Shown here: one piece after another, positions 17,457-30,900 of the stretch | Position numbering within the stretch: position 1 is the stretch's first letter | How the letters are laid out: the number at the start of each line of letters is the position of its first letter | DNA from: a virus | Direction: 5' to 3' (one strand) | IMG/VR virus record: IMGVR_UViG_3300037070_001066 | Span: 40,772-104,771 of that record | Length of the DNA: 64,000 nucleotides | Notes under the pieces: generated by a model | Databases searched by the model: none | What the model was told of the DNA's origin: nothing | What the model saw: only the letters and a program-made list of their open reading frames with translations | Position numbers and translations under genes: made by a program

Positions 17457-20400
17457 CTACTCTAATATCGTGTATAATTGATAATAATCTTTATCTAACT
17501 GAGACCATATTGGCACAAGTCTTTTAGTTGCTTTAACTAATTCATTCTTGTGTTTAGCGTCTTCATCTAAATATGAAAAGAAATTTTCATCATCCTCTGG
17601 GAAGAAGTTAATTGGAGTTACAACTTGTTGTATAAAGTCTAAACCTGTTTGTATTAATTTAATACCTGCAACAGGATTTGTTAAAATCTTAGCTGTCTCT
17701 CTAGGATCTCTAAATTGAGATAATTCAGACTCTAATCTTCTAAGTTGATATACTAAGAACCATAATTCATCATCATCAGGGGCTGCTGCTCCTGCAATTA
17801 ATGCTCCAATAGCTGGTAAAATTACAGATGTTAACATTATCTCAAGAGTTGCTTTCTTTAAATTAGCCTTCTCGTGGTCTGATAATGAGTTATATACATC
17901 TTTCATATACATCAATTGCATAGACTTCATTGATGGAACAACTCCATTTACGAAATATCTAGCTAAAGATGTGTAAATACCTTCAGTATATTCTTTCTTA
18001 GCAGAACTATAGTTTAATTCATCTTCAGTTAAGTCTTCTCTACTTTTAAGTGATGTAGATATACCTGTATATCTGTAAGCAAGAGCGCCTAAGAAGAAGT
18101 TTTTAAACATCATCACTAGTTTACCTGAGATAGTTTTAGACAATTCATTCTTAAAGTTATTATCATAAACACCATACAAGTCAAATACTTTGCTCTTAAT
18201 CAAAAGATTTATATGAGTTTTACCTCCTTTAGCATATTCAGTAGTAAGATTGTGTTTGGTAAATTTAACTTTATCGTCCATTACTAACTTACCTTTGTTG
18301 TCCATCTTAAGCATATCTAATAATGAAGAAGCTTTAGATTCATCTACAACTTTACCATTCTTATCTATAAATTTATTGTCAGAATTCATCACTTTAAGAG
18401 AGTCTAGTACGGCCATAGTAAGTATAGAGTTCATCATGTGCTCTCCAACTTCGTTTATACCATTCATATTCTTTCTAGAAGCTAACTTCTTTGCCAATGT
18501 ATTTCTAAGATATTCTTGTGTAGCAGGATCAAATCCTCCAAATACATCATACATTTCTAAAGTTTGATTTACAAAAGATGTTTTAACTGGATTACTTAAG
18601 TCAGACAATGTGTTAGGAAGTTCAGTTCCATAAAGTTTCTCAGCTTTAAGTAAATTCTTAGGACTAATAACGTCTCCTCCAAATGACTCTATAAACAATT
18701 GAGTGAATCCATTGAATAAGTTAGCAGTTCCTGATGCTACGTTTAGAGACATAGCAATACTTGCAGTAGCTCCATTTACGTAAGATACAATCTTATTTCC
18801 ATCTAAAGGACCTAATCTTCCTCCATGTTCATGAAATACATCATATATCATCCTGTCCATTAAACCTTTTATTCTCTTATATTCATTAGTAAATTCACCT
18901 GGAATAGTTACAACTGGCTGATTCTTGTTCCAAATATTCATTAAAGGAAGTCCAGTTTTAGTAGAAGTTTGAAAATACCTTTTACTTTTAGATACATCTG
19001 CCAACATAATAGCATTAGTTTCGACCTTACTTTTCTCTCTAAAGCTAATAACATTGAAATATTCTTTTCTCAGCATTGTAGCTACGTCTAAAGATTGAGT
19101 TTTTGGATCTATATCACCTCTATAATGAACTTTAACACCGCGAACAGACTCACCTGTTTTGTTATCTATAGCTTCACCATATCCAACATCATCTGGTTTA
19201 ATCTCAGTAGCATCTGTCCACTTTTGTTTAACTAAGCCTTTAAAGTCTTTCTCTACACCTCTTTCGAAATCAGATTTAGTTATAGATGGAAACTTATAGA
19301 AACTTACTTGGCCTGTCTTTCTAACAAGACTCCTACTTCCGCCTGTAGTTGTGTGACCTAATTTGGCTAAAGAAACTGCTTCTTTAAGCATTTCAGCACT
19401 AGCTCCAGTTGGTTTAGTATTTCTATATTTGTCTTTAGGATACCATTTAAGACCATGTTCATCAGATTGATCTCTAACTGTATGCTCTTTCATCCAGGCT
19501 TTAGTCTTCTGATACAATGCTTTGTATTCATCATTCTTCATGAAATCTTTAGCCATTACAGCTCCTTCTGCTTTAAGTTTATCCTTCAATTCACTAAGCT
19601 CTAATTCCATAGGTTTGTATTCTTCTAAATAGATATCTCTAAATTTTACACTATAAATACCTTTAAAGAAGTAATTACCATCTTTGTCTTGCTCATATAT
19701 ATCTTTATATAACTCAGACGGAGCAAGGTTACCTTTTTCTTTAACTAAATCATTAAAAACATTTTTAAGAGCTAAATCATAATCTTTGTACAAATCTATA
19801 ATAGTATCTCTTGCTGCACTAATCATATTAGTGATTATTTGTATAAGTTTACTGTTAGTATTTAAAGGGTCTTCAAAGTTCTTTTTAAATGAACTTATGT
19901 CGAATGCTGGATTGTATACAATTTTCTCTGCAGCTTTAATTAAATCTTCTTCAAATAAATCTTTATCTCTAGTAGTCAACATTCTAGATGCATATTCAAT
20001 TCTAGATTCACCAGTTATTTTCTTATCTACATATTCTTTGTAAAGTCTATTTCTGTGATCTGTCTCTACTTGTGTATTAAACTTTGGATTAGCAAGAAAT
20101 TTAACAGCTTGTTCGTTTTTTATAGCGTGAAACTGAGATTTAAGTGATTTACTTTCACCTGCAGCATAAGATATAATCTTTCTTATAGAATTAAAATCTT
20201 CAACTTCCTCTTCAGTTAAGTCTTTTTTAAGGACAGAGGCTCCAACAAGTTTACTTATATCATCAATAAGATCATATGCGGCTAGATACTCTTCATAACT
20301 ATTTATAGTCTTAAGTAGATCTTCGTCTCTATAGTCTTTTGTTTTCTTATGAAGTCTTTCTAAACCTTTTGTAACTTGAATAACAGTTTTGTTTAATGTA

Positions 20401-21593
20401 TTAGCATAACCTAAAATAACTTTAACTTTTTGAGTCTCAGACATTTTGTCCATCTCTTTAATTAAAGCATCTATATTCTTCAAGTGATCTTTTTTGTCTT
20501 TCCTTGATATAGGTTTTTTTGTCTTAGCAGTTCTAGCTCTAGCTTGAGCAATTCTATCTTTAGTTTCTTTTACAAGCTCATCAAGTTTGTTTTCAAAACT
20601 AGTCATCTCTGGTTTAACAAATTCAAGCTCTTTAGCAAACACACCTTTATATTGAGTCTCTTCATTTTCATCCTGAACATTTTGTTCATTGAAGTCCATT
20701 ATCGTGTTGAATAAGGTTGTATATTCACTATTTAGTGGTATATTGAAAAATCTTCTTATTGCGTTAATGAATTGATTCCACAATCCTTCAGATTCAGATT
20801 TAACTTGATCTCTAAATTCAGGATTAGAATAAAACTCAGCAACAAATTCAAATTCATTTTTAAATCCATATTCCTCTGCTAAATCACTATCTTTGTATTT
20901 CTTCATAAACTTGTCAACAACTTCAACAAGTTCTTTCTCTGCAAGAGTTCTATTCTTAGGATCTTTAGCTAAAGCATCAGCAGTAATACTATGAACAACT
21001 TCATGAAGAAAAGCTACAACAACATCTTTCTCACTAAGACCTTTAATTCTCTCTGAAGAAACTTGAATTTTCTTAGATACTGGGTCATATTGCATAACTG
21101 CAGAAGTAGATATCATGACTTCTTCATCAACTAATTCAACTTTTGCTTTCGATCCACCCATAATACGTGCCGCTCTAGTAGCTAAATCTTGCGCGTAAGG
21201 CGTTAAATCAGAAATTCCAGTACTTATATTAGATAAAATATTATCGACGCTTAAATCGCCTTTAAATAGGTTTTCAGTAAATACTTCAACTTCAGGATCA
21301 TATGAAATTTCTTCATCAAGAGTATTTGGAGCATTTTCATCAACTAAATCATGAAAATTTACTTCATCTGACAATCCTATCTCACTAATTGGTTCTGTTA
21401 ATTTTTGTTCAGGTTTTGCATTTTCTTTAACAACTGATGCAGTATGTAGTTCGTCTACTGTAGGAAACTTTTCAAGTCCATTTACTTCTTGCCACAAAGA
21501 TATCTTAGCAGCAGCAATTAGGGGACTAACCCCTAACTCGCTAGCCAAATCAATAACAGCATGACTCTTATGATTAACACAATGTATTGCCAT
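17457..21593 (-). CDS. Large virion cargo/ejection protein with zincin metallopeptidase domain
   Basis: 1378 aa; HEVVH at 20991-21005 with downstream EFVAE; helical C-terminal part with a hydrophobic segment; downstream of the vRNAP gene as in crAss-like phages. Confidence 0.75.
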   Translation of the reverse strand: MAIHCVNHKSHAVIDLASELGVSPLIAAAKISLWQEVNGLEKFPTVDELHTASVVKENAKPEQKLTEPISEIGLSDEVNFHDLVDENAPNTLDEEISYDPEVEVFTENLFKGDLSVDNILSNISTGISDLTPYAQDLATRAARIMGGSKAKVELVDEEVMISTSAVMQYDPVSKKIQVSSERIKGLSEKDVVVAFLHEVVHSITADALAKDPKNRTLAEKELVEVVDKFMKKYKDSDLAEEYGFKNEFEFVAEFYSNPEFRDQVKSESEGLWNQFINAIRRFFNIPLNSEYTTLFNTIMDFNEQNVQDENEETQYKGVFAKELEFVKPEMTSFENKLDELVKETKDRIAQARARTAKTKKPISRKDKKDHLKNIDALIKEMDKMSETQKVKVILGYANTLNKTVIQVTKGLERLHKKTKDYRDEDLLKTINSYEEYLAAYDLIDDISKLVGASVLKKDLTEEEVEDFNSIRKIISYAAGESKSLKSQFHAIKNEQAVKFLANPKFNTQVETDHRNRLYKEYVDKKITGESRIEYASRMLTTRDKDLFEEDLIKAAEKIVYNPAFDISSFKKNFEDPLNTNSKLIQIITNMISAARDTIIDLYKDYDLALKNVFNDLVKEKGNLAPSELYKDIYEQDKDGNYFFKGIYSVKFRDIYLEEYKPMELELSELKDKLKAEGAVMAKDFMKNDEYKALYQKTKAWMKEHTVRDQSDEHGLKWYPKDKYRNTKPTGASAEMLKEAVSLAKLGHTTTGGSRSLVRKTGQVSFYKFPSITKSDFERGVEKDFKGLVKQKWTDATEIKPDDVGYGEAIDNKTGESVRGVKVHYRGDIDPKTQSLDVATMLRKEYFNVISFREKSKVETNAIMLADVSKSKRYFQTSTKTGLPLMNIWNKNQPVVTIPGEFTNEYKRIKGLMDRMIYDVFHEHGGRLGPLDGNKIVSYVNGATASIAMSLNVASGTANLFNGFTQLFIESFGGDVISPKNLLKAEKLYGTELPNTLSDLSNPVKTSFVNQTLEMYDVFGGFDPATQEYLRNTLAKKLASRKNMNGINEVGEHMMNSILTMAVLDSLKVMNSDNKFIDKNGKVVDESKASSLLDMLKMDNKGKLVMDDKVKFTKHNLTTEYAKGGKTHINLLIKSKVFDLYGVYDNNFKNELSKTISGKLVMMFKNFFLGALAYRYTGISTSLKSREDLTEDELNYSSAKKEYTEGIYTSLARYFVNGVVPSMKSMQLMYMKDVYNSLSDHEKANLKKATLEIMLTSVILPAIGALIAGAAAPDDDELWFLVYQLRRLESELSQFRDPRETAKILTNPVAGIKLIQTGLDFIQQVVTPINFFPEDDENFFSYLDEDAKHKNELVKATKRLVPIWSQLDKDYYQLYTILE

Positions 21594-21599
21594 ATATTT

Positions 21600-21962
21600 T
21601 TATTTTAAAAATTTTAATTTATATAGCGTACTATATATTAATTCTAATATGTCATCAATTATTTGTTGTAGATATCCGCAGTCACTTAAAGACTCTCTAA
21701 AGGATTTAAAAGACTCAATAAATCCTTCTAAATAAGAAATTGGACTAATGCTTTCAGAAATAGAAAACGACTTATAGCCTTTTATAATTCCATATTCTCC
21801 TTGGTAAGACTCAATGAATCTATCTCTAAGATCTACAATATCTCTATATAATCCATCTAAAGCTTTATGCTCTGCAAAACTAGATGTTTGCAAGTGAGCA
21901 ATATGTGCATTTACTTCTATTGCAAATAGGTTAGACACAAACTCTTGTACTTTATTTTCCAT
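21600..21962 (-). CDS. Ferritin/Dps-like four-helix protein
   Basis: AHIAHLQTSSFAEHKALDGLY...DRFIESYQG and C-terminal IDDI...TLYKL. Confidence 0.75.
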   Translation of the reverse strand: MENKVQEFVSNLFAIEVNAHIAHLQTSSFAEHKALDGLYRDIVDLRDRFIESYQGEYGIIKGYKSFSISESISPISYLEGFIESFKSFRESLSDCGYLQQIIDDILELIYSTLYKLKFLK

Positions 21963-24900
21963 AACATTCTATTAATTTTTCTTTTTCATCGTCACTTAAC
22001 GCCATGAATGACTCCTTAGTCATAGTAGGATCTGCTTGTTGGAAAGCCTTAGAATGCTTATTCCATGAATCTTCAATAAACTTATCATAATCTTGTTCAG
22101 TAGTCTCTTCTCCAGTTAAATTCAATGCTCTTGAGGCATTTCCTTCAATAGTCTCAGCTTTGTTACTAATTCCAATTACAGTAGTTTTAGCTCTAGTTAA
22201 AGCCGTATAAATACTTCTAGATTTAGATTTTGCTGATAAAGGACCAACACTATTGATGTCTTGGATATCTACTATAACACTATCATATGTAGAACCTTGA
22301 GATTTATGTGAAGTTATAGCATAAGCATAATCTATGTTAGCAAAAGACTTTTTAAGTCCCCATGCTTGTGCATACATTTGCTTTCTTAATGCTCCAGGAG
22401 GCATTTGTTTAGCCTTAGCGAACATCTCAGCTACTCTTTCATTAAACTCAACTTTAGATTCATCTGCAAGTACTGGAAATGACATATCAGTATTAGTTCC
22501 ATCACCACGCTCTACAGTAACTGCATAAGCTTGAAAACCATTATATGTAGTCTTTCTAACACCTTTTATAGAGAATTCATCACTATTAGATACCTTAGTT
22601 CTAGAATCAACATCAAAGTTGTCTTGGAACATTATAATATCATTCTCAATTAATTGAGGCACATCTTCTCCGAATACAGCTTTTCTAATATCATTATTGT
22701 AAGCAGTTCTTGTAGCGTTTCTATATGTAACAACTTTGATTACATTAGGGTTTTGCTCAAGTATACCTCTTTTAAATGAGTCTACTACATCTTCAAATAT
22801 ATGACCAAATGATCTTACAAATACTAAATTACCTTTAGGAGATAATGTATCTTTCATAACTCCATCTGGAACAGGATCTTGTTGAGAAGTTTCTAACTCA
22901 GAGTTATCCCAATAATAATCTGCAAATGGAAGTATAGGAGACTCTTCTCCTTGACGAACACGTTCAGTTAGGCTAGCTTTATTCTCAGAATCAAATACAG
23001 GACTAATGCTATCTAAATCAGTTTTAGACCATCCATGATAATAAGGATTTTTAAGATCTCTAATAGGAGGCAATTGACCTCTATCTCCCAAGAACACTAA
23101 TTTAGCAGATCTTCTTTTCATCTCCATCATCATCTCAATAGCCTCTTCATTAACCATAGAAGCTTCATCTATAATAATAATATCATGTTTAGTAATCTTA
23201 GCATCTTCAGAAAATGAATCAGTAAACTCACCTGTCTCAACATCCATAGTCTTGCCTAATATACCAGCTATACTTCCACTTTCAATCTTCCCAGGATATC
23301 TATTGTCAAGCTTCTCTGATAAAACTAACTTAGCTTTATGAGATAATGCTGCAATTAAAATCTTTTTACCTGCATTTACAAATGGGGCAATAGCTTCTTG
23401 TACAATAGTAGTTTTACCAGTACCAGCCTTACCTTCAATTACAAGTATCTCTCCTGGATTACCATTCTTAACAAACTCTTGAATTACGTTAATTGCATTC
23501 TCTTGTTGTTCATTTGCAGGTTTAAATACTTGCTTATTATTAATGCTGTCATAAGGAGGGTTTGTTATAATATCAACTTTAGGTGTTGCAAGAATACCAT
23601 GTTCAGCTAAACTAAGTATGTTCCTTCTTTCAGAAGATTCATCTACCCATTTCATTATCTTATTATTAGTAAGAGAAATAATTGTATTATTAGGAGTAAC
23701 AACATAATCACTACCTAAGTAAGTAACAAATTTACCTTTCTCTTTTCTACTTGTAAGTTTAGATTTAGATACAGACAGCTTAGCTAAAGCACCTTCCATT
23801 CCTGGATTATATATTTGAACAGTTCCTATTGCATTAAATTGAGTAACTATATATGGAACTCCATTATAATCTACAAATCTACCAATTTCTAAAGGATATT
23901 CGCTAATAGGTTCAATTTTCTTGATATTAGTACCAGCTTCTCTTTTAACTGCTTCATATTCTTCTTCGGTTAACTCATGAGGAACAACATCTGCATCAGC
24001 TGCGTCCATTATAGCCTCTTCAGTTCTTTTATACAAATCTCTAATGGCTTGTTTTGCAGCTTCTTCTTTTTTAGTTCCTAAATACTCTTGTCTAGGAGTC
24101 CATTTATTAGTAGATTTATCTAAAGTATTATAATTTTCTATATCTCTAGTTCCAACACCTGCAAAATCCTTAGTCAAAATAGGTGGTTTATGTAGTTCAA
24201 AATACTTACCATTCCATCTATTCCACTTTTCAGTTTTAGTGTCCCATACGTAAACAGGTTTTCTTAACTTAATACCTAATTGAACTGCAGTATTAGTTCC
24301 TCCATGTACAGCTGTTGAATTGAATTTATCATTAATATCTAAAGGAGCTACAGCAAATACAGCATCAGAATTAGCTACTTGATAGTAATTTCTAACTTGA
24401 AGATTGCCTTGAACTGTATTTGGGAATTTTTTACCAAGCAATCTCTCAACTTCAATCCTAGCAGTTTCCATTTGTTCATCTGTTAATACAGTTGCTTCTA
24501 CTTTGCTATTTTTAAGTTTTTGAGATAGTCCAGTATTTTTGCCCTCTCTATAATGTTTATGTTCAGTAACACCAAATTCTCTACCAATAATATCAAAGTA
24601 TGTATCTGCACCATAAGCTCCACCACTATGATTAGTTATTTCAGACATAGAAGATACTTCTAGTACAGGTTCTTTTAATACTATAGAATCTTTTATATCT
24701 TCAACTTTACGATATACTGGAGCAAGTTCTTTAACTTCAACAGGTTTCCCTGGCTCTTCAATTCTTTCATCAACCTCTGATAATTCAAAGTTAGGATTAA
24801 AGTTTTCTCTTTCAGTTACAACCATATTCATTAAATAGTCAATTTCTTCTTTATTACTTAATTCTGGTCTCTTAATGAATCTATCTCCATATTCTATAAC

Positions 24901-27900
24901 AACACTTCCTTTAAGTTTCTTACCAAGAGGATTTACTCTTGTATAAATTCCTTTGTTTTCAGAATCATATCCTTCAAGTTTATAAATATGATTATCATCT
25001 AATTGAACATAGAATCTAGACTTACCAGATTCTTTCTTAATGAAGCCAGATTCTTTATCTCTAGTAACCATTTCATTCTCGAATACTAAAGGAACATATT
25101 TGTACTTATGTGTATTGTTTAAATAGAATTTATCTATGAAATCTTCTTGATTTGCTCTAGAAAATTTAGGAACAAAGTAATTTACACCTTCATTTATCAT
25201 ATATTCATGAGGAATATATGTATAGAACTGATTAGAGTTCATTCTAAATCCTGAAGTAAGAAATGAATACTTTATTAAATCTTCAGCAAATTGAACATGG
25301 TCTAATCTTAAATCTCTCCATGAATCAGTAAACTTCTCTTCAAATGATGTAGATTTCTTTCTATTATTCAAAGATATGATCTTAACTTTACCATCTCTTT
25401 TAATTTGAAGCTCATCTAAGATCATATACTTACCTCTATATTCCTTTCTAAATTCATCAAATTTAGCAGGAAGATTATTAAGTAAATCTCTAGACTCTTC
25501 TTCAGATAAGTTAAATGGATTAAAGTTAGACATTACATAAGTGTAGTAGTTTTTCTCTAAATCTGTAGTAAGCTCTTCATTTGTAGCAGGCATACTATAT
25601 AAATCATCAGAAATTGTATTAAACATTTTCTGAACTTTCTCCTGTCCTTGAGGAAATAAACTTGGATTAGATTGGACTATTCTCATCATCTCTTTAAGAG
25701 ATTCAAAGTAATGTCCTAATGTAGTATTGTCAAACTTAGATTGAAGTCCATTTAAAGCCTTGTAATTATCATTCTCTTCTTTACCTAAAATATATTGTTT
25801 TAAGTTAAAAATAGAATATAATGAGTTAATATTTTTACCCATACCATTAGTGTCTAATTTAGAGACATCAACATTCTCTTTCATAGTTTTACTAACTTCT
25901 TGCAATTCTAAGAACTTTTTATATACAGCTAATTGAAATGGACCATCTGGCTTGCCAGTAATTTGTTCTCTAAAGAATTGTAAGTCATATTCTTTACTAG
26001 TTATATTAACAGTTTCTTCCTTAAAGATTTCATTATGAGCATCTCTAATCTCATCCAATATTGGATTTATTTCATCAAATGTAGCTTTCTTTCCAAGAAC
26101 TTTTTTAATCTCACTAACTCCTTTATCTAGTGCCTTATCATTAAGAATCCCATCTGCTTTCATTTTTTGATAAACAACTCCATAAGGAAATCCTTTTTCA
26201 TCTTGAAGCTTGATAAGATTTTCTAATACAAGATTTCTTTTAAATTTAGTCTTAGTGTCTCCACTATTCTTAGATGTAATTGATTCAAGACTAGATTGAT
26301 ACTGAACATATTGCTTTATTATTGGCTGAGCCATAAATGCAGTAACATACAAAGGATGTGTGCCTGATCTTAACAATAAGTTTCCTATATTAGTTGTAGA
26401 TGTAGTCCAGTTTCCTCTAGTAATATAAGGGTCTTTGGCTATATCCACAAATGCATTAAGAATTGCAGTTAATGAATCGCCTATCTTAACTTTACTAATT
26501 TCGTTAGCAAGTTCTTCAGATCCATTCATTGCTTTAAGATAATACTCTAAATCAGATGGACTTAATTGTTCAGAAAACTCTTTATCAAATACTGTCTCTC
26601 TAATATTATTTCTAACTTCACTATGTCCCCAACCAATGTAGTATTTATTTAGACTTAAATTACCTATTCTATTAATATCAACCAAAGCGTTAGCTTCTTG
26701 ACCAACACCTGCTTTACCCCCAATAAATTCATATCTAAGTTTGATATCACTAACAGCGTCAAAGTGAAACATAGGTTTACTTGTATCAGCCTTCACAAGG
26801 TCTTTTATCTCGTTCTCAATGAACTTAATATCTACGGGCTTCATAACATCCTTAATTACTTTTGGATTCGTTAAAACAGCCTTATATAGCTCCACAAGCC
26901 TATTCTGAACAGCTTCCTTAGATTGTTCTTCATTGGACAACTCTGGATTGTATTCAGTGTACTTAAGTTTGCCTTCTGATAATGTATAGTTAGACATCAT
27001 AATGAACATCTTATCAATATCAAAATCCGATCCAGTTTTAGTTGTAATACCTGTGTAAGCTACAATTGTATCGCCATTCTCTTCAGGAAGGATTCCTACT
27101 ATTTGTAATGCATCATTAGATGAAAGTCCTTGATTTGGAATACGATATCCTACTATATTACTTAAAATTCTATCATCTATAATCCCTTCAACTTTATTAC
27201 CATCTTCATCTGTATATCCAAATAATTCTTCAGCTTTATATTTTTTGTAGTCAGGAATATATTTAGCAATAAACGATCCTGATATTAATATACCTCCTGG
27301 TCTAATCTTAGTTTTACCAGTATCTTCATCTACATATATTGTAGGTTCAAATGTGGTATCTCCATTGTTTAATACAGGACTCCATATAATACCTTTGTCT
27401 CCATTTTCTTTAGATATGCCAAAGTTAGACATCTGAATGAATGCTCCACCATTAGTTTTAATCTTAATCAGCCTATCATTCATAATAGAAGAATAGATGC
27501 TTATGATCTTGTCTATAGACTGTGGCATTCCATATAAAGTAACTTGTTTATTAAGAGCATCAATTATATTTTTAGATCCACCTCTTTTTTCAAGCTCTTT
27601 AACTAAAGCGTTATATAATCCTTTTACATTGTTTATCTTACCACTCTTACCTATACTAAACTCTTTGTTAACTTCTTCAAGTCCTTTACCTATAAGGCCT
27701 TTAACTATGTCAGAAATTCCATCTGAAATCTCCTTTCCAGTTACATCTTTTCCATCTAAATAGAAACCTTTTTGTTTTGCATTAAACTTTAGACCTGCAA
27801 ATATATTCTTTTGAATTTGAGATCCTACATCAGTTTGTTTAAATGTTTTAATAGGAAGATCTTGTTGCAATTTCCATCCATAATTAGACAGACTTACCTT

Positions 27901-30900
27901 ATTAAAAGTAACATTATCTATCTCTCCTTTAGCATTATGAATAGTAGTTGGAGTAGGAGAACCTACTTTAAATCCATCTATTGTAATAAGCTCATCAACA
28001 CCTTGCTCTTGCATTCCATTAAACAACTTCTCTAGTCCAGTATTTTTAACTAAACCTCTAGTTAATACAGCTTGAGAGTATTTAAGGTATGTAGGAGTTT
28101 TTCCATTCATATAAAAGTAAACACCCTTTAATGGTTGTGCCATTATCTTAAGTTCGTCTTTAGTATAGATTGGATGTGTATCTGATGTCATTTTCTCATA
28201 CACAGCATTGTGAGTTTTATTATCCCACTTACCAAGTCTTTCAAGTAAGAATCTCCATCTTTGAGGAGTTATCCAAGCTTGAGCATCAGCAGAGTTAATT
28301 TTTTTGTATGGTTTAGCACCATCTTCTCCAAGCATTTCAACTAACTTATCAAATACAGGAGATTCTATTTCTATACTATTAATTGTAGCAGCAGTAAAAG
28401 TTTCTTCTCCCTCTTTCAATCTCAATTGAAGTCCATCAGTATATGTACCAGGAATACGTTTCTTATAATCAACCATGTTTTTATAGAAAGCAACATCTCC
28501 TGTAAACAGTTTAGAGTACTCTATATTTTGAATTAATCCGTTAATATAGAAGTCAGATGCTGCAGATGTAACTGCATTAGTTGTATCTCCAAAATTATTT
28601 TCTAAATACTTTTTAAAAACGTCTTTATCTATTCTTTTATTAGAATAACCGTCTTTATTTATTTCTACAACTTCTTGGTTAATCAATGAGAATACAGTTT
28701 CTTGTATACCACCTTGTAGCATATCATTAATATATGCTTCTATCTCAGATCTTAACTCTGGATTAGTAGACAAGTCAGCAGTATGTTTAATACTACCATC
28801 ACTGTTATATAACTTACTTTTAATTTCATTAACAGCACTATTGTCAGATTTCTCTGAGAAAGATAACTCTGGAAAGTATTGAGAATTAAATGCATTACCA
28901 TTCTTTGAGTAAATATCTGAACCTGCTTTGTAATGATAATGTATTCTAAGATTCTCAGGGTTCTCACCAGCAACATCTACTTCAGCATTAGCCTCCTTCA
29001 TTCTATTGAATTCAGAGTTAAAGTAGTTGAAGAACAATCTTAATGTTCTATCATTAATAGAAACCTCATCATTTCTAATAGTAGTTGTATCTACAAATAG
29101 TCCAGTTCTAATTTGAAGATCTGTAGTCTTATCAGCAGGAGTTGTTGTTCTTACATATGAATTTGATAATACCTTATTTAAGTTATCATTAAAGTAATCA
29201 TTGTAAGATATATCACTTGCAGACACATAGTCTCCGTCTTTCTCTTGAAATGTATTGAACACGCCTAAATTTAAACTATCAAGTCTTTCTTTAGATACTT
29301 TTCTTCTTTCTTCTTTTAGTCCATCTTTAAGAACTTTTTTATTTCCAAATTCATCTTTAGGATTAATATCTAATGCTAGTAAGTATTTTGCAAGTTCAGA
29401 TCCTTTATTATATGCAGATTGGTCATACCAATTTCTTAACAATTCAGGATTTTTCTTCCATTGTAAAATTCTAGTAGAGATATATGACGGATATGAAAAC
29501 AACCATTTATTCTTACCTGAAGTCCATATACTTGCATCAGAACCTTCTGACAAAAAGAAAGACTCTGCTTTAGCTAACTCTTTAAATATACTTTGAGTTT
29601 CAAAAGGATTGTTAAAATCTTTATGAGCTTTTTTAAAATAGTTTAAAGATTTCTTTAGAACATAACTAGTTCTTTGAACAGATTTAGTTAACTTACCTTT
29701 CTGATGTTCAATATTGAATGATTTGGATCCATTATCATCTAAATAGTTAATAAAACCATTCTTTGTCAATTCAACTCCTAACTCTCTAGTTAAAGCAACA
29801 TATTCATTAGAGTATTTAGTAAATTCCTCTTCGGACATATCTTTAGAAACTAAATTAAGAAGTGAATCTAGCTCACTTATAATACCTTCTAAATTAGCTT
29901 TAGCTCCTTCTTTAAATGAATTATCTTCTTTCAAGAAACTTAGTCTAAAGTTATTACCCCATTCTGATTCAACAATAGATGCCTTAGATCCAGACTCTGA
30001 AACTTCTTTCACGTCTAACTTAAATGTCTTTTCGACATTGCTAGTTTCCGTATCTACAACTTTAGTTCTTATCTCAGATACAAGAAAGTTTTGCTTATGT
30101 AAGTTAAATGCTTGAGCAAATTGATTCTTATCGCTTTCAGTAAATCTCTTATCGTTAAAGAATCCAATCAATTGATTTAGGTATTCTTTTTTGTAGGCTA
30201 TTTTCTTAATCTGAGTTCTTTGCAATTCAAACATATCTTCACCAGGAAGAGCAACTTGATTTGAAATGTTGTTTAAAAGAGTTGAGTATACATCATTAAA
30301 TGGAACAAACGTAGGTTCATTCCATACAGGATCTCTTTCTTCGTTGTTTTCAAGCAAAGACAATCTAAGTTTAATGTTGTTACTTAAAGAATTCTTACTG
30401 TCTTGTTCAAATGAAGCTTTGTTGAATACAGGATCTTTACCTTCTTCACTTATCGTTTGTAAGTCAGAAGCTTCGTCGTTATCAACTCTTTTAATACTTA
30501 TCTGTTTGTAAAAATTGTCAATTCTATCTACATATTCATCTAAATAATCTAATGACTTTCCGAGAGATCTAGACATAAATTTCCCTTTAGGACCTTCTGT
30601 TTGAAGAGAAGCTATCTTCTTTTTTATTTCAGATTCAACATGATCTCTTAATCTAGGAAGTTTTTCTCCTTCTTCGAATTCAATGTTATTGAAGTTAATA
30701 TTAGGAGATTGTTTAAAGTAATTTAAAGCAAGTCTAGAAACAATTCTATCCATTTGTTTATAGTCAAAAACAGAACGAAGTCCTCTTTTTTCTATTGGAT
30801 ATGGTATCTGTTCATCATTTTTACTAATGAAGTAATACTTTTTAGACTCTTCACTATAAAACAATTTAGGTTCTCCATTATCGTAAACTCTTTTACTGAA

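Noticed and set aside
23540-23580. DIITNPPY in the vRNAP protein resembling an amino-methyltransferase motif IV
   Set aside because: Isolated motif in a short linker just before the helicase, with no SAM-binding motif or room for a methyltransferase domain.
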